Assembly: GCF_001194135.2 (NCBI RefSeq)
Contig: NC_068998.1
Location: 14,350,282-14,386,949 of the forward strand
Reading direction: 5' to 3'
Length of the DNA: 36,668 nucleotides
Origin: Octopus bimaculoides
Taxonomy: Eukaryota
The position numbers and the translations under genes were made by a program. The notes under the pieces are model-generated. The model searched no databases. It was not told the origin of the DNA and saw only the letters and a list, made by a program, of their open reading frames with translations. Numbering within the stretch: position 1 is the first letter of the stretch; every line of letters starts with the position of its first letter. Positions 31,979 to 36,668 of this stretch are shown piece by piece.

Positions 31979-33042
31979 GTAATGAAAAAATTCAGCCTCA
32001 TGTTTGCTGGGTATAATGAAGTGTCAGCTGCCCACAGCCAGTAGACCAAAGTGACCTTTATTTACTGATCATACTTCATGTATCCTGCACAAGACACTTG
32101 CAGACCCAAGCAACGACGATTTTTGAAGGTACTCTATCTTTATATTCGTTCCAAATCTTTTTGAGCCATGTTGGTAGTTGCGTATGATACTTCCATCTGC
32201 ACCATTCACTATTGGTATCAAGTGCACTTTCTTCATTGGGTAATTCCCACTTCAATTAACCATGGTTGTTCATTTTTCCTTCTCTCTCTTCAATTCTGTT
32301 TTCACCAGGACATGCTATGAAAATTATCAGGCATCTTTGTTGTTTTCTGTTCAGTACAACAATATCGGGTTTTCGATATTTAATGTGGTAGTCACAATGA
32401 ATCATTGCATTCTACAAGATTTTGCAATCCCCATTCTCACTAACTTCTGCTGTGATTTGACTATATCACGACTTTGGTATTTCTAAGCCATAATTTCATA
32501 ATTTCCGCAAAGCTCTTAATGGGTCATTATTCCCTCTTGTAGCTACGTTGTACCAATTTCGGACATTCACTGACGATGTGCCACACTTTCACCTCGCTCG
32601 CTATACGTTCTGCATTCGTCACTCACAGTTGTTTTATCAATTCTGCTTTTCACATAGTTTGTTCTCAATGCTTGTCCTTGTACTGCGCATATAAGCATTT
32701 CTGTTTCTATCTTCACGACACTTCTCCGCATTCATAAACACCTGCCTTCTGTATCTCTTGCAAACTGACCATACATTGTTTCCTGTACATACCATTTCTT
32801 TCCTGTGCTTTTGCTCATCTTTCAAATTCTCTTTCTCAACTGAATTATCAGCCATGATCATGTCCCACTTCTTCACAAAGTATCAACAATGTTTTCACGG
32901 CATTCTTTACATACCGCTCTAAACTGTTTTTCTCTGATTCAACACAACCCTAAAAACTGCTCAAATCTCTCCCACCCTTTCTTCTGAATAAGAACAACCG
33001 ATCAGGATGAAACGCTCCGTGCAATGTCAATAATTTTAGTAC

Positions 33043-33043
<1 letters not shown>
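31979..33043 (-). mobile_element. 5'-truncated R4/Dong-clade non-LTR retrotransposon with intact 3' end and (TAA)n tail
   Basis: Minus strand, with stops and frameshifts: KLLTLHGAFHP-DRLFL..RKGGR, CVESEKNSLERYVKN, MYGQF, LICAVQGQALRTNYVKSRIDK, CRTY..WHIVSECPKL (decayed CCHC), RKPDIVV (32349-32375), LIPIVNGA, LQKSSLLGSASVL. Stop at 32069-32071, then a 90-nt 3' UTR and (TAA)n. Confidence 0.95.
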
Positions 33044-33098
<55 letters not shown>

Positions 33099-33103
33099 TT
33101 ATT
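33044..33103. repeat. (ATT)20 microsatellite
   Basis: Read directly; one G interruption. Confidence 0.98.
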
Positions 33104-33527
33104 GAGGCAGTGAGCTGGTAGAATCGTTAGCACACCAGACAAATTACTTAACGGCATTTCATCCGTCTTTACGTTCTGAGTTCATTTCATCGACTCCTAC
33201 ATCCTTTCGGGGTCGATAAAATAAGTACCAGTTGAACACTGGGGTCAATGTAGTCAACTTGCTCCTTCGCAGAAACTTACTGGCCTTGTGGCAAAATTTG
33301 AAATGAAGGTGACGAGCTGGCAGAATCGTTAACCCGCTGGACAAAATGTATAGCTCAATTTTATCCGTCTTTATGTCCTGAGTTCAAATTCCATCAAGGT
33401 CTACTTTGCCTTTCATCCATTCGGGGCCCATAAGAAAAATACCAGTCGAGCACTGGGGCAATATAATCGATTCCTTCCCACCTTCACAAAACGATGCTGG
33501 CCTTGTGCCAAAATTTGAAACCAATAT
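33104..33527 (+). mobile_element. Two tandem family-A SINE copies (33104-33303 and 33306-33527)
   Basis: Both have the GAGCTGG(T/C)AGAATCGTTA head, the CTGAGTTCA B-box region and the GGCCTTGTG(G/C)CAAAATTTGAAA tail. Confidence 0.93.
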
Positions 33528-33529
33528 TT

Positions 33530-34800
33530 CTAATTTCTTAATGTTCCTCTCTGTCTATATTTATGGTAAATGAAATCTCCAAATCTCAGAATTTATATAA
33601 TATATTCTACACACCATTTTCTCTTTGTTATTTTATTTTGCGTCCACCTGGGCACTTATTTCTAATACATCTCGTTCATTGTTTCCAATTTATTATCATA
33701 CCTTTTGCATTCAACATCCACTTGAGCATTATTCTAATGTGTCTATATTATTCCTTAGTGACATTTTCTTTCGTTTGCGTGTACTGTTTACTGTCTGCTT
33801 CATCGATTTAAAAAAAAATTATTTGTATGTTTGTAAACAGTGTAATTCTGTTTTCCCTGTTTCTTTCACTAGCATGATATTAGTAAACCTAAATATAATA
33901 TTACTTTCCTTAATATTGCCTAGGCGCATTTTACTTACACGAATCTCACCTGAATTACTCTTCAACAATCTTCAACAATTTTCTTAGTTGTTTATTGTCT
34001 ACAGTATGCACTTTGAGATCGCCCCTATACAAAATGATGTTTGTAGGTCCAGCCATAGCTTTTGTCTCCAAGTTCGGTCCCATTTAACATACTGCTTAGA
34101 AGATTAGTGCAGGGCGAAAAACAAAATAGAGGAATTGCTTTTTAAATAATTCACTTTATATAAAGGTGGCGTTAGGTTATATGATTTTCTCCTTTCGCCT
34201 GCATATGCAGAAATGTTTACCATTTACACATATGTGGTATATAACTCATTATTAGTGCAACGCTACTTACGGTTAATGTTTCCAGTACCCCCGTATGGGG
34301 AACACTGTAAAGGCATTCTGGAAATCAACCCATGCTATATTCAGATTCTTTTTTCTCCATTTACAATATTCAGTAATAATTTTATTGATCAAAACTTGAC
34401 CTTGACAGCTTCATGTTGCATTCATTGTGTTCTTGACAGATTGTTCTAGGTCTTTATTGTCTGTGATATTGTTTCAGTTAATGCTTTCAAGGCTGTGAAA
34501 TGTAGATTGTGAACCTATAACATTTATGATTTTGTGCTTCTTCAAATTGCGGAATTAAATTGGGTTTTTCACCTCAGTGAGATAGATTAGTGTTGTCTTC
34601 AGCTCCATCAGTATTAAACATCTCTGTATGTGGTAGTGCTGAATATTTTAACTAGAAATTTGGTATCTTATCATGTCTTAGTGCTTTCCAGATGTATGTG
34701 TTTTGCAATGTTTTCAACATTTTTGCACTGTCATGGGTTCCTACAATTGACCAGACTTTTTGTAAGATGTTTTGATTTGTCTCATAATGATACTCTTTCC
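33530..34800 (-). mobile_element. Older, heavily decayed R4/Dong-clade reverse transcriptase fragment
   Basis: Minus strand in canonical order: WKALRHDKIPNF*LK (34690), LIPQFEEAQNHKCYR, SCQGQVLINKII..CKWRKKNLNIAWVDFQNAF(D)SVPH (34321-34335), LSSMLNGT, ILYRGDLK (decayed YMDD, 34018-34029), KCA, KE*YRHIRIMLK..LNAK, IINW and NSEIWRFHLP. The upstream boundary is approximate. Confidence 0.85.
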
Positions 34801-35070
34801 GTCCCAATAAAAAGAGTAAACTCATAGGAGTTGGTCTTCCTTGATAAGCAGGATATAGTAAATCTAAGATTGCATTATAATATAATGTACCCCCTTTCTA
34901 AAACGGTGTTATTCCAAAGATATTTCACTGCTATATACAGCAGGTCGAGCTACTATATGAAGCAGTTTGCAGAGTTGGCTCGCGTTATATACTGGGGTTA
35001 GAAATATCTCACTCTCCATTTTAAACGTACGTTTTTGTATAGCCGATAATACAAAAAGCTGTAATATAAT

Positions 35071-35262
35071 TATTTCTTACTTTGACACAGGGCCAGACAT
35101 TTAGAATGAAAGGCTTACTCGATTAAATCAACCGCAGTACTTGACTAGTTCTTATTTTCTTGACTCCAGAATGATGAGAGACACTGTTGATCTTGCGGAA
35201 TTAGAACTCTGAACGTAAAGAGCCGGAATAAATTCTAATGCTCTTTCAGTTCTGCCAGGTCA
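35071..35262 (-). mobile_element. Degenerate family-A SINE
   Basis: CTCGATTAAATCAACCGCAGTACTTGACTAGTTCTTATTTT...GCGGAATTAGAACTCTGAACGTAAAG...TTCTGCCAGGTCA. Confidence 0.75.
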
Positions 35263-35849
35263 TACATCTGTAATATAATAATGTGGGTTGAATGAATGAA
35301 TGAACAATATACCTTTATTTGTTTCCATTTGTGACCTACCTACCTAATTTGCGGTTTCGTGCCAATTCAAAGAAATATTATTCAAAGGTAATAAAACAAT
35401 CATTTAATTACAGGTTTCTCTTTGAAACTTATCTGAGAAAATACTGTAATGGTAACATAAAAACTGTATGCATGTGTGCGTGCGCGCGCACGTGTATGAG
35501 TATGTGTGTGCGCGCGCGTGTGTGTTTGACGAGCAAATGACAAACACGCATGAGTCTTCATACGTTATTCCCTATAGAATTTTTTTCTGGTTCATTCCGT
35601 GTATGCAGTCACGTTCGTATTCGTTATTGATTGTTTTTACCAAACGAGGGATGAAGCTTATTCCTTACTCTAGGGTACACCACTATACACGCATAGAAAG
35701 AGATGTACACTCACATGGACACACATAGACGAACATACACACCAATACACACATACTAACATTGAAACTAACGGTAGGAAAAACATCTTTTCATTTGGAT
35801 AGCATGTCCAAACTTATGACACATACATGCACACTCACCACACCATATA

Positions 35850-36000
<151 letters not shown>

Positions 36001-36114
36001 ACATACATAAACATGCATTTATCTCTCTACCTATTTATCTATACATATACCAACGCACATCATATACACACAAATATGTATACACGCACACACATATACA
36101 CCCATATCTATAGA

Positions 36115-36275
36115 CTCAGGTATGGCTATGTGGTTTTATTCACTTCCCAACAACGTGGTTTCGGGTTCAGTTCCTCTCAACAGCACCCTGGAACCTGTCT
36201 TCTATTGTCCAGGGTTGATTAACTTCTTGCGAGTGAACTTGGTGGTCGGAAACTGTGGAAGTTCATCATGTATAT
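36115..36275 (+). mobile_element. tRNA-derived SINE, family C
   Basis: GGTATGGCTATGTGGTT A-box-like, GGTTTCGGGTTCAGTTCC B-box-like, CAGCACCCTGG..TGTCTTCTATT, GGAAACTG. Similar to 4760-4927. Confidence 0.75.
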
Positions 36276-36278
36276 ATC

Positions 36279-36491
36279 GGTTTCAAATTTTGGCACGAGG
36301 ACAGCAATTCCGGAGGAGGGTTTAAGTTGATTAGATCAACCCTTGTGTTTAACTGGTATTCATTTTATCGACTTCGAAAGGATGAAAGGCAAAGTCGACC
36401 TCCGCAACAATTGAACTCAGGAGGTAAAGACAGATGAAATACCGCTAAGTATTTTTCTCGGCGCGCTAACGATTCTGCCAGCTCGCCACCT
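36279..36491 (-). mobile_element. Family-A SINE
   Basis: GGATGAAAGGCAAAGTCGACCTC...TGAACTCAG...GCTAACGATTCTGCCAGCTCGCCACCT. Confidence 0.93.
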
Positions 36492-36514
36492 CATTCAACG
36501 TATACATATATATT

Positions 36515-36653
36515 GATTTCAAAGTTTGGCATAACGCCAGCTATTTGGAGTGGGGTAGGGGATGGGGTTAAATCGCTTACATCGACCCAAGACGGATGAA
36601 ATGTGACTAGGCATTTTGCCCGGTGTGCGAACGATTGTGCCAGCTCCCTACCT
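36515..36653 (-). mobile_element. Family-A SINE with a large internal deletion
   Basis: The head (GCATTTTGCCCGGTGTGCGAACGATTGTGCCAGCTC) and tail (TTTCAAAGTTTGGC) are present. The body between ATCGACCC and AAGACGGA is missing. Confidence 0.8.
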
Positions 36654-36668
36654 CTTTCAACCCATATA

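Noticed and set aside
31330-32055. Shared 3' terminal signal between the 600-bp element and the adjacent Dong-like LINE
   Set aside because: Only a 9-bp same-strand match, plus a GGGTATAATG match in the opposite orientation; both are compatible with chance.

Overview
Non-coding, AT-rich, repeat-dense eukaryotic DNA from a gapped scaffold. There are 8 N-gaps (10754-10881, 11424-12030, 12699-12993, 14802-14982, 20057-20360, 25439-26076, 28155-28554, 31514-31707; 2,747 N in total), and six of them abut microsatellites. The SINE families and microsatellite load suggest an octopod cephalopod (Octopus-like); this is inference and was not verified. I found no host protein-coding gene, functional tRNA/rRNA or CRISPR array that I can support. 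Most ORFs in the supplied track are translated microsatellites or N-runs. The window contains about 19 copies or fragments of one tRNA-headed SINE (family A) and several other SINEs built from swapped modules. It also has three decayed R4/Dong-clade non-LTR retrotransposon fragments, a Tx1-like RT fragment, a probable ancient APE-type LINE, a fold-back mariner, two mariner MITE copies and several palindromes. The most coherent system is a (TTA)n 'landing pad' at 31235-33527. There, a Dong-like LINE, an unexplained ~600-bp non-coding element and two SINEs are stacked, and (TAA/TTA)n tracts separate them except between the two SINEs, which abut directly. Protein-family assignments come from motifs I translated by hand and recognised; none was confirmed by a database search.
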